DNA of 62,507 nucleotides, filler included, from Bonamia ostreae (Eukaryota): NCBI GenBank assembly GCA_040357525.1. It is 16 parts of 16 records of this genome, joined end to end, with 100 filler letters (N's around TTAATTAATTAA, not from the genome) between each part and the next. Parts side by side here need not be neighbours in the genome. Positions count along the whole stretch, not along the records: positions 47,026 to 50,828 come from JBDODL010000424.1; positions 50,929 to 54,723 come from JBDODL010000425.1; positions 54,824 to 58,615 come from JBDODL010000426.1; 13 more parts are not named here. One strand, 5' to 3'. Shown piece by piece: positions 47,026 to 58,715 of this stretch (position 1 is its first letter; each line of letters starts with the position of its first letter). The notes under the pieces were generated by a model. It saw only the letters and a program-made list of their open reading frames with translations, ran no database searches and was not told where the DNA came from. The position numbers and the translations under genes were made by a program.

Positions 47026-50000
47026 TTTATTGCAACAATGGGCAAAATTTTATAAAAATCTGGATTTTATCAATTGAAATAACAATCATTAATTCCAAAG
47101 AAAAGCTCAGAAAAAACAGTTGACAAAAATATTATTTTCGTCAATTACAACGAGTTTCACAAAGAATGCGATTTTCAGTACGAACCCCTCGTCAAAGAAC
47201 GTCTTCGTCATTGGGCAAGCTTTGAAAGGGGTTCTGAAAACTTGTGGGCGTTTAAAGGCAACAAAGATGTGCTCAACCGTTCGTTCGTTGAGACGGTCTC
47301 TTCCCCGGACGACGCGTGCGTCATCGAATCGATGAGAATCGCTGAACAGCGATTGCACGATTTGGGAATAACTGATTTGTATTCCATTAGTTTCGAGACT
47401 CTCAAGCGCATCAACAACGGAACAAACGATTCTCTCAAACAGATCGCCAAATTTATTGCTCGTGAATTAAAGGACACTCCTTGGCATAAAACTTCCGTCT
47501 TCAACCAGGCCAGAATGCGCCGATGTTTCCTGCAAACGCGAAATCCAAACGGGACTTTAATTAACGGAGATTTTGGGTTCAAACTGAAAAGAGAGCGAAG
47601 TAGGAAAAACAACAGCGAAAAATGTTTAAAATTGATTTTTAGTGTTGGCTAGAAAGAAAATGATAAAGAGGAAAAGTGATGACGAAGATTTGAGAAAAAT
47701 CAGCAAAAACGACGCTGTCAAAGTGCTCCGAAAAATGGGCGTTCAACCAAATGATCTGGTCGCAATGACAAGATGGGATTTAGTCTCTTTGATCAAAGAA
47801 CTCTCAACGGAAGACGACGAGTTCGCCAAATATTCAAGAGCGCATTTGGATAAAAAGGTTTATTCCGCCATTTTCATCAATTGCGATAGAGCGAATATGC
47901 AAAGAATCTCAATAGAATATTTTCAGAACATCTCCGTTTTCTTCAAAACAAGAGTTCAACTCAGAAAGCCGCGCGGGAACTCGACGAAATGTTCGGAGAA
48001 ACCGGTTTTAAAGGACAAAGCGATGTGGTCGAAACCGACGAAGAAGAGTCGGCTTTGGCCGAGAAAGTCGTTGAGTCGTTGATGAAAGGCGAAGACTTTA
48101 AGAGCGAAAATCTGTCGGAGAATCAAAAGTTGGGAAATGCAAAATCGATCGGAAAGAACGGGAAAAGATACAAACGAGTTTTAAAGAAACGAATAATTTT
48201 GACCATTTGCCGGCCAGTTCCGGGGAGAGACCCTGTTTCAAATTTAATTTCAAGTTTGTTGAAGTCATAACGGACAGAGACAAAATATTGTCATATTTGG
48301 ATTCGAAAAGAGCCGAGCGTCAAAAAGAGTTGGAATCTCTGCCGCATCACGAGAAAATGCAAAAGAAGGAAGAAATTGAGAAAATCAGAGTGGAACAGGT
48401 TTAATGTAAAATTTTTGAAATAATGCGATGTAACCAAATTTTTGCAAAAAGTAAATGTAAAATATAAAAGTTGAAAAAATTGGAATTGAACCGAAAAAAC
48501 GATTTGGAGAAAGAACGAAAAGCGATCGAAAGAAGCATAACAAATTCTCATATCCGTTGCACTGAATGTGGAATGCGTGGTCATATAAAAACAAATAGAT
48601 CGCTTTGTCTTAAATATTTATCCAATGTGGAAGAAGAAAAGAGTAATTCTGTAGAACCTTCGCTCGGTTTTATCCTTTTTGATATTGGATTTTCCCCATT
48701 TTAAAAAGATCCAATTTAACCATTTTATAAAAAAACGATTATTTTTATCAATTAAATAATCGATAAAAATCTCAAATTCCAGACTAAAATTAAATTGAAC
48801 AAAATTTTAAAGTCGACAATTCAAGCGGCGACACAATAAGAATAAACACCGCAAAGGTAACTAAAGCCGTTTCAGTAACAAAAGTTTCTCACATAAAAAA
48901 TTTAGAAAAAAGGGAAAAAACGACATATCGATTTACTAAATGCCATCGACGAAGGAGTTGATTTGAGAAACCAGCGAGATCCTTGCATCGAATTTCGAAA
49001 TATTTTGGTCGCGATCTTGGACCGCACTAGAAAAGCATTACCGATTGAGGCTGCGCTGTTCGCAGAATCGATTCCGAGAGAAAACTCGACATATCATTCT
49101 GTTGTAACAAATCCAATGAGTCTCTCCGATATTAAAAAGAGAGCGGAAAATTCTTCTCGCCCGTACTCAAGAAACGAAGAGGGAAAGCGGCGGCGCGAGA
49201 AAGGATTGGAGATTCGCTACACGTCCGCGGAGGAATTTTTACGGGACGTCGAACTTATTTTTAGAAACGCGTTGCTCTATTTCGGGCCCAGAGCGGAAAA
49301 CCGCAACTCCGAAAGGGCTTATCGCTTAGTCAATTTTATCAAAAAAGCTCTCATTCCCGTTTTATTAATCGATTTTTAATTTGGTCTAAAGCATTTAGAG
49401 ACGATTTCAGAGTTGTCGGCTGAGATTCACGAAGCGGAAAAGGAGCAAAAGCTATTGGACAGACTTAAAATTGTTGTAGAAACTATGATTGCTTCCAAAT
49501 ATTCCTTCTATTTTAAACAAAGCCCTCTTTCAGTCTTTATTATTTAATGAAGCATGCTATTTTTGTATTTTGTATGGAGAAATCGATTTAACAAATTTTC
49601 GTTGGCAATTTATAAGAATATAATTTGTTGGCAAATTATTGTACATCAATGTTGTAAAAATAATGATCAAATAGTAATTTTGATGAAATAATGGCCCTTA
49701 TTAAAAATATTGTGCCTAAAATTTACGAAAATTGTAAATTAAAAATAGAACAAGTTTTCGCTCATTCTTAAAAAAAACAGTTACCGAACTACAAAGAGAT
49801 AATTAAAACACCGATGCACTTGGACCTAATAAAAAGCAAAATAGACGAATGTCGATACGCTGACGTGAGGGAATTCACTGATGATTGCCAACTGATCGCC
49901 CAAAACGCAAGGGCTTACAATAAAAACTTTCCTTCCGCAATCGAGTCCGTGGAAAATCTAATGGCAGTGGGACAAGCTGCTTTGGAAAAGGTTGCGCTTA

Positions 50001-50490
50001 AACACTTTACCAGGAATACAAATCTTTGGAAGAATTGGACAAGAGCGCACGAAGGGCGAAGATATTCCCGCTCCCGAAATTTCGCAAAGAACTCGTACTA
50101 AAACCGGATAGTATGAATTTCAGACGCTACGGCGGTAGTACGATGCTGATGAGCAGCAATTATCCTCGAAGAGGATTTAATAATGGAAGAGGCATTCGTG
50201 GAACTGCCAGAGGCCGAAATATCGGCAGATTTAGAGCCGGTCGTTCGTCAATAAATTATTTGCAAACGCGTTTCGCCAAAAACGAATATCGATACCCGGG
50301 GAGACCTCATCAGAATTCTGGCAATTGGATGGATGTCCATAGAGCAAATGGGGCTCCAAGTCTCCATAATGCGCGTAAAAATATTAGATCTTTAAAAACA
50401 AACGTGAATTTCAAAAGAAAATCAAATGACTATCGGATCAAAGGACAGAAAAAGCCACGTCCGCCGGGTCCGAACACATTTATAGAATAA
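47026..50490 (+). CDS. TAF1: TFIID subunit 1, 5'-truncated, with zinc knuckle and two bromodomains
   Basis: SPDDACVIESM..AEQRLHDLGI, TPWHKT, DEDLRKIS..MTRWDLV, CTECGMRGHIKTNRSLC; bromodomains NPMSLSDIK..FRNALLYF and PMHLDLIK..NARAYN. Introns include 47624-47642 (19 nt) and 48235-48254 (20 nt). Confidence 0.92.
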
Positions 50491-50928
50491 ATAATTTTAA
50501 TGTAATTTTTTCTAAACAAAATCGGTTACAAAATTATCAAAAGGAATATTTAAAATTAAAAATCGATTACAGTACTTAAATAATAAATATCAACACTTAG
50601 AAGGGTTCATTGACAACAAGATTTGGATAAATCCGCTTTACAATGCCAGATTTGATATTTGGTACTTGATATAAAACGGCATCAAAAAAATTACTTTATC
50701 CCCAAAAAAATTAGTTTTTTTTAAAATCAATCTCTAGTAGATTTCTCATCAGAAAGGCAGCAAATTAAAAAATGATACTGACTAAAATTGCTATGCAATG
50801 AAAATGGTATAACCATAAAAAAATAATTNNNNNNNNNNNNNNNNNNNNNNNNNNNNNNNNNNNNNNNNNNNNTTAATTAATTAANNNNNNNNNNNNNNNN
50901 NNNNNNNNNNNNNNNNNNNNNNNNNNNN

Positions 50929-53900
50929 CAATATATTAAACTATATTTCACCTTTCATAAGTAATACATCCTCTGTCGATCGGTCACATCCCTCTCGAGC
51001 CTTATTTTAGGTTATGAGGGACCACTGGGAGGAATGTAGTCAAGATGAAGTTGATAGTCAATTACGTCGGAGAAATGTTATCTACTTGAAGTTAATCTTA
51101 AGATTTTAAGGTTCGCTTTTATCAATATTTGAATAATTAGGTCAATATCAATTGGTATTTTCGTTATCTATTCATTGAGTCCGAGCCAGAAGGTGCATAT
51201 TGTACTTAGACAGTGTAGCTAAAGCATAATGTCAGCCGAAATAAAGATGGAATAAACAAATAAAACACATTTGGGACTAAATATTCTGAATCTGAAAACA
51301 AAATTCATAAATTATCGGTAGTTTCTATAGCAGAATTACAATTCCTTAAAAGTTCGGAAGGAGGCTTAAGTAAACGTGTTTTCATTGAGTTTGTTTTGAA
51401 AAAAAAATAGAGGGTCCTAGTCAGTGGGAAAAATACATGTACATTTCACATCTATATTCATCATGTTATGTAAAGCATTCTGGTCCCAGCAAGTATAAGA
51501 ATAAACTCCACATCTGAAGTTATAGTGGTGTTAATTCAAAATATATACCGATATTCGTTTTGATAAATGCATAGAATTAGGTAAATTGTCATAAATGTTG
51601 CTTCATGTAAAAAGTTAACAATGAAATTAATTTCTCACAAGATACGTAAACATAAAATCGTACCAGAATATCCATTATACAGATAATAACCCAAACTATT
51701 TTTAATATACACCAGAACACCCTGTCATGTACACCATGATCTAACCCTATCGCACAGTTCACCACACAATCTGCCTTGTCAGAATTCCCAATAGCCATAC
51801 AGATCACCATCATCTGTGTCATTATTCCCAGGATAATAATTATGATATATCAACTTTATCTTTTAAATGCCTATCTCCTCCGTAAGCACATACAGGGATC
51901 GGCATTGGTGTGTACAATTCTTTGGATACAAAGGACCGGTGTCTTTAAAATATTATCGACTTTGTCTCTTTAAATTCTTATCGATTTTGTTAATACATAA
52001 TTCAACAATAGTTTTAATCGTGGTATCTTGCATTTAGATAATCAAATGACCACCGAAGTCCCAGGTATTTGCAACGAAAATATAAGAATGTGGTTTTTGA
52101 CTTCCAATAATTTATATCTTGAATTAGATTCCATTATGTTTGCAGTTCTTTTTTTAAATGCATAACCTTTTTGTTTTATGAAATGGAATTAGATGGTATG
52201 ATAAGACAGTGCCACCCTAAATCAAGTGTTCACCATCAAATATGATCTCCGTAATTAGCAAATTGACCCTTTGCCATATATTCCATTTTACAACATTCCA
52301 ATATTCCCTGCATGGGGTAAAAAGGAACATAACGAACATTGATCACATTCATAATTTCTATGAAACACAATACTCAGTGCAGAGAAAACACGTGTCCCTG
52401 GACACGTTAACGTTCGGAACAAATCCTTTCAACTTTGCTTATACGTAATGCAATGATAGTTTTATTTGTGGTTTCTTACATTTAGAGAATCAAACGAGAA
52501 CTGAAGTCCCAAATAAACCGTTTTCAGCAAAAATATGAGCATGTGTTCTTGTCCCTGTTCAGAGAGATCAACGTTTTTATCATAATTTCAATGCATTATA
52601 GGTTTAAATCAAATATATGATGTACAAGTTCCTTTAAAAAAATCACGCATAGCCTTTTATATTTTAACTAGAAACTGTGATGAAACAATTTCACCCTCAT
52701 TTAAGTGTTATAAATATAGCCTTGGTTGCACTTGCGTCATTAGCTGTACGTTACATTTGCCTTTCATATAACCGATCACATACTCAATATTGAAATATTC
52801 TAGCATCACCTACATGACAAAGGCAAAGACAAGGGACAGTGATTGATCTCATAACGTCTGATAAAATACAAAATTCAGAGGAAAAAAACAACAACACGGA
52901 ACCCTGAACATATCAGAGGCAGAAACAATTGAAGGAATCATCTGTAATAAAAGTTCACGGCGCAATGGAATACCTGAATTAGTATGTACATGTCAGACAG
53001 GATTGTACCTAATGACAGATCGTTAGAACAAACATGAAATATGTGAAATGCACTGTACCTCCTAAACAAATTCAAGGAACAGAAGAGTAGAGCCTGAAGG
53101 CATACATTAATTCTACAGTAGAGGACACCAACATGGTCAAATGATTAGCGGGTTAATGTATGAGGTAATGACATCATAAAATTTTATCTTTTAAATGCCT
53201 AACTTCTCCGTAAAAATGACATTGGTACGTCTTTGGATATCAAGGACCGGTCTCTTTAAATACGCCATGCACATTCAAGCTAATTGCAATATCTTATCGA
53301 CTTTGTTCATACGCCTTGTAACAATAGTTTTAAATATGGTATCCCGCATTTTGAAAATCAAATGAGAATTGTATTATCAGATGAAATGGTTGCAACAAAA
53401 ACAGACTGAAAAAAGAAAATAAAACATAACGTTACACGCCTGCACAAATTCCGTAGAAAAAAATCGGCAAATAATTTGTGTCTTTCATGCATTCTTAGCT
53501 GACATTTTAACATGATCGAAATACATTAAAGGGGGAGGATGCCAAACAGTCACCAGTCTCAAAGTATAGTTTCTGTGGTTAGCAAATATACGGCTAAATA
53601 AAACATTGAGCACAAATTTATTCACAGTTACTGACTTTGAGTGTTGTCAGTCATGGAATTATATACAAACTTATCGTATTTTAATTCTAATGGATAAAGT
53701 AAACAGAGAAACCACAGTAGGGACTGAAATCAAAATTTGAAACCAAGATTCATCAACTCGTTGCAATTTTGGGTAAAAATACGAGTGTTTGGGAACTTTT
53801 ACCATACAATTTATAAAGTTTGAATGTATATTCACTAGTGACATTTGTTTTGAACAGAATATAGGGTCCAGGCTGTGGGGAAATATATTACACGTAAAAC

Positions 53901-54723
53901 GAAAATGTGAAGATAGCAAACAGTGATTAATATCATGACGTCAAAATTCATATTGATGTGCATTCAAAATATATATTTTGTTTGTGTGTTAACGGTGCAC
54001 TTTGTTAAAGTTATAACACAGGAGTCTATGTCATAATATAAGGTACCATATTGTACAACACATCCTCATCAAAAATATTAAGTAACATGTCGTATAAAGT
54101 TATAGAGCATTACATTGAATGTCGATGTTCCCAGGGTAATAGTTAACAGTATAAGTAAATTTATGAGGTAGAAGAGAATTGTCATCAGATAACGAAAAAA
54201 AAAAAAAAATAAATAAAAAAAACCAACAGAAAGCAACTTACCAGGTTTTAATCAAATATCCAGAGGAAAGGTTCTTTAGGGATACACACAGTTCATACTG
54301 TCTGCAAAATGAAGTCCTATTCAGGGACAATGCCTTTTCAATATTGTCTAGTTCAAGTATTCATGTACATTGTGTCCCTGTATTTGACATCACAGTGGGT
54401 AAATGTTTTTAAAATCCAATGACTTGTATATTTAAATAGACTAAATGACGTATCAATAAGAATAAAAAATCAAGTCTGTATGCGTTTCTATACAATGATT
54501 GTATGATTACAGTAGTTATAGACCTACAGTTTCGATTTGACAATTTTGTCGCTGAATATTTACTATTTCTATATAGGGTCAGAGAATATTGGCATGTCTT
54601 AATTATCTTCAACTTTTTATGAATTAAACTTCAGGTATTATCCATTGTGGAATCAGAGAAAGGCGCTTGCGGATTATTCCTTCTGAATTTATTCCGTTTG
54701 GATTCGTAATGAAATATAGATGG
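50929..54723. other. Probable host (metazoan) contaminant scaffold
   Basis: No dense coding, CpG-poor and CA/TG-rich compared with its neighbours; animal-type splice signals on the - strand (..TTTTGCAG and GTAAGT near 54242-54305). Confidence 0.7.
51855..53365 (+). repeat. Dispersed ~190-bp direct repeat pair (~51855-52050 and ~53183-53365)
   Basis: Shared tttatcttttaaatgccta..ctccgtaa, tttggata..aaggaccggt.tctttaaa, ttatcgactttgt, aacaatagttttaa and aatcaaatga. Confidence 0.8.
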
Positions 54724-55029
54724 NNNNNNNNNNNNNNNNNNNNNNNNNNNNNNNNNNNNNNNNNNNNTTAATTAATTAANNNNNNNNNNNNNNNNNNNNN
54801 NNNNNNNNNNNNNNNNNNNNNNNTCTATTTTTTCAGTGTTTGTCAATAGGTTAGATATTTCATTTGTTTTTTTTTGATTTATTGTTAAGACCTTTTTGCT
54901 ACATAGGAAACACTTGTTTAATTATTTTATTTTACTTGTATATTAATTTTTTTCTTTTAATTTTTATCTATTTTGTCTGTGTTGTTTGTTAGTTGTATAT
55001 TATTATATGAAAGCAATTTTTTTTTGTAA

Positions 55030-55788
55030 TTTTTGAATTTTAGTTTATTAAATTTTCTCAAAAACCTATCCCCATAACGACTTGATAACAAACATGCAAA
55101 CTTCTTAACGGAATAGTTAATAAAGCAACGCGTATTTTAATTATATCCACAAGTATCGCTATTCCTTGTTCAATTTTTTTATTGTTCGTATCTATGTTCT
55201 CTCTACAAAAATTCAGCAATTTTGAAATTTGTCAACAAAAATCTCGCGATACAGCAAAAATCAAAATGCAAAAGCAAAAAATAAAACGATTTTTTTAGAT
55301 AATGGCGATGATCAAAAATGTTCCCGAAAAGACTTAAAACAGACAAAATCCAAACTGAAATTTTTATATAAAAAACAGAAAGCGAGGATCGATCCCAGCG
55401 CGTAAGGATGTGAAAATTTGACGAAGCCGAGACTTACGATTATCCAGAAATTCAATCTGATCATATTTATGACGAGCATTCTATGAGAATCGTTTTCTTT
55501 GAGTCCTTCACTTATCTTTTTTGTGACTCCTTGTTTGGGACATTTTAGAGACACCAAAAGAACTGACATAAACCAAACGACTTTAAACTTAAGACAAAAT
55601 AACATCCGTAAGTAGTGAACACGGAAGCTACAATTCCACTCGTGTTCAAGTAGATTATTGTGAGAAACAGCACTGCGGCTTGTCCGATTGCGTATAAAGA
55701 GAGCATTGCGATGTAGAGCGAAACGTAATATTTCGATCCACCCTTTTGCTGTTTTAAAAAATATTACCAATTTGCTTATTGTCGGCAT
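55030..55788 (-). CDS. Hypothetical membrane protein; boundaries uncertain
   Basis: 158-aa ORF plus downstream hydrophobic segments; no recognised motif. Confidence 0.3.
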
Positions 55789-56256
55789 TGTTTAACTGTT
55801 TATAATAATTTAAAGTTGTGTTTACTTTAGCTGTTTTTGATATAATGTGGGTTGGCAGAGTTGTCGATATCTTATTGCGCTTTGTTAATGTTAAAGCTAT
55901 AAAGGCTTATAATATATTAAAGTTTTTAGATGAAATGGCTGAGTTGCCATGTTTGATCGGTTAAGTGTAGAATTATNNNNNNNNNNNNNNNNNNNNNNNN
56001 NNNNNNNNNNNNNNNNNNNNNNNNNNNNNNNNNNNNNNNNNNNNNNNNNNNNNNNNNNNNNNNNNNNNNNNNNNNNCGTTCAATAATTTTAGATCATTTG
56101 AGAAAAATTATTAATTTTAGTTCAATAATTTTGATCAGCAAATCCTAATTACAAAAGTCAAACGATAATTTTCTTAAACTCATTTTATCAAACGGTAATT
56201 AGCAATCCTAAATCGTTTATAATACATTTTAATAAATTTGCAAAAATTTGATAAAG

Positions 56257-56997
56257 ATGGACAACAGCGAAGGCCCCAAAAACGATTTTGGTTACATCAA
56301 ACATTATTTAGTCGTCCAAGAAAACGAGACCGTTCCGCCGCAAATCGCCAATTTTTACGTCGAACATTTGGGCAGCAAAATCCTCACGAAAATGTTTTTA
56401 CAGCCCAAACGACAAAAGTAAAGGACCTCATCACGCCAAAATCCCTTTGAACAAAGACAGGGGAACTTTGGAGTTGTCCGTAAAATTAACGGATTTTTGC
56501 ACTAAAGGACGACACATTTTAAAACCGGAAACGAAAGAAACCGAAGAACAAAAAATAACAAACTTTGTCAGAAAGGCGATCGACCCGATTATCGACTACG
56601 ACTCGTTTCCCGACACAGTGCTCAGCATCGAAATCACAATTATTGATTTGACGGAAAGTTCTCATTTCAAAATTTAGACGCGATTCCTGCGACCATTTTC
56701 GGCCTTGTTTTGGGATTATGTCGGGCCAATATTGGCATCACGGACATTGTCGGAGCTTCAACAGTTCTTTTGATCGGCGAGGAATTAATATACGCGCTGG
56801 GAAACAGTTCCGAAGCGCTGGCGAAAGGGCGCATAACAATTTGCTTCGCGGCGAATATGCGCAAAATAACGCACATCGAATTAGAAGGGCCGATGTCGCA
56901 GCAAAAAATCGGGAGAGCTATCGAAATGGCCATAAAAAGATGTTATGAAACGTGCTCCGTTTTGGCCACGCGAGTCAAATCAGATTTTACAAATTAA
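56257..56997 (+). CDS. Exosome RNase PH-like subunit (Mtr3/Rrp41-like)
   Basis: Spliced over three tiny introns: FYVEHLGSKILTKI|KGP, AIDPIIDYDSFPDTVLSIEITII, LGLCRANIGITDIVGA. Confidence 0.7.
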
Positions 56998-57027
56998 ATT
57001 TTCAATCAGTCGAGTCCAAATTGAGCT

Positions 57028-57732
57028 TTAATTTAGTCGTAATTTGATCATTTGACTAGATTTGAGCAAAATGGTCCAAAGCTCGTTTTTGGAATTTTCA
57101 ACTTTCTCTTTTTCTTTGTTTTCTCCGTTAATGCGTTTTAGATAGTTCTTCAAAAATTTTTTGAGCGATATCCCATTCGAATGGTTCTTTTAAGTATTTT
57201 CGATAAATTTTTTTGCATAAAAATGGTTGTTTTAAAAAAGGTTGTTTTGCAAAATTTTAAAAATTTTGTTTTCGAAGATTTGTCGTTTTTGTATTTTTAT
57301 TAAAATAACGGATAGTTCAGAGAGCATGACGGTTTGTAATGATGTGATCCTGTTCGGTCCTTTATCTGGAATATTGTCTTTTCCGTCTATTTTTAATGGT
57401 TCGTTTGTAAGGTCTTTTTCGTTGCCGATTTTTTTAATTTTTTTGTTTTTTATTTTGTCAGTCTTTTCATTTTTTTCCAAATCGTCCTTTTTAGATTTTA
57501 TTTGCATTTTTTGTTGATAAGATTTTTCTGCTTTTTCGTGGATAGTTTTTTTAGTCACTTTGAATTTTTGGTCTTCAGTTATACAAGAAATGTGCGTTTT
57601 TATGTTTTTGGAATTGAATTCTTTTTGGCAGTCCAAACAGGAAACGTTTTTGGATTTGCACCTTCGCATGTGTTTAGTCGCTGTCTTCTTTTTTAATGTG
57701 CTTTGGCATTTATCGCATACAAAGGACACCAT
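57028..57732 (-). CDS. LYAR: LYAR-type zinc finger nucleolar protein
   Basis: MVSFVCDKCQSTLKK..HMRRC..SCLDC..HISCITEDQKF; Lys-rich middle; one intron. Confidence 0.88.
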
Positions 57733-57902
57733 TAAATCTAAATTTTTAAAATTCGCTAAATTTTAAAAGTTTAGATTTAATGTTGTTTGACTACAAAATT
57801 TAATCATTGCAATCTCAACATTCTTTTATTATAATTTGTTTATTCCCTACGCATAAATTCGTTTTATTAGTAGGAAGAGCTTAAAAATCTATAAATCCGG
57901 TT

Positions 57903-58615
57903 ATGGAGAGTGTAGATAAAATGCTTTTAAATGATTTGATTAAACAAAAATTAGAAGACGACGATTATGATTGTTCGATCTGTCTCTCTAAAATAGGCAA
58001 ACGCGCCAAAGTTTGGTCGTGTAAAAAATGCTGGTCGATTTTGCATTTGTCTTGTATCCAAAAGTGGGCAAAAAATTCCTCGAAGGACGCCTTTTGGCGC
58101 TGTCCATCTTGCAATTCAAATTATCCCGCAAAAGTCGATGTTTATAAATGTTTCTGCGGAAAATCTACGTTTCCCGAATTCCATCCTTTTCTCATTCCCC
58201 ACAGCTGCGGTTTCCATAATTGCAACAATTAGGCCAAATCTGCTTAAGGGAAAAGCCAGGTTGTCCACACCGATGCATTCTGTTATGCCATCCTGGTCCC
58301 TGTCCGCCATGTTCTTTCTCGACCGAAACGAAATGCCCTTGCGGCAAAACCGACGTTGTCATAGATTGCAAAGCGGATATCAAAGACAGAAAGACATGTG
58401 GCAATATCTGTGGCAAATCGAAAAATTGCGGAGTTCATAAATGTGAGAAAAAGTGCCATTGGGGCAAATGCGGAATTTGCGAAAAAACGAAATCGATTCG
58501 ATGCTTTTGCATAAAGTTTTCTAAACAAACTTGATTTTCAGCGAAAAGAGAGAAATAAGTTGCGGAGACGACAAGGAAAACATTTTTTCTTGTGGAAGAA
58601 TCTGCGGAAAAAAGC
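57903..58615 (+). CDS. NF-X1-type zinc finger protein (NFX1/NFXL1 family), 3'-truncated
   Basis: RING/PHD-like CSICL..VWSC..HLSCIQKWA..WRCPSC; YKCFCGK; PHSCG|QIC; CPHRCILLCHPGPCPPC. Confidence 0.9.
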
Positions 58616-58715
58616 NNNNNNNNNNNNNNNNNNNNNNNNNNNNNNNNNNNNNNNNNNNNTTAATTAATTAANNNNNNNNNNNNNNNNNNNNNNNNNNNNN
58701 NNNNNNNNNNNNNNN

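Noticed and set aside
3833-58715. Regularly spaced TTAATTAATTAA repeat with ~3.9-kb period
   Set aside because: Artificial six-frame-stop linker flanked by Ns. It is not CRISPR or a biological repeat, and gene neighbourhoods across it are meaningless.
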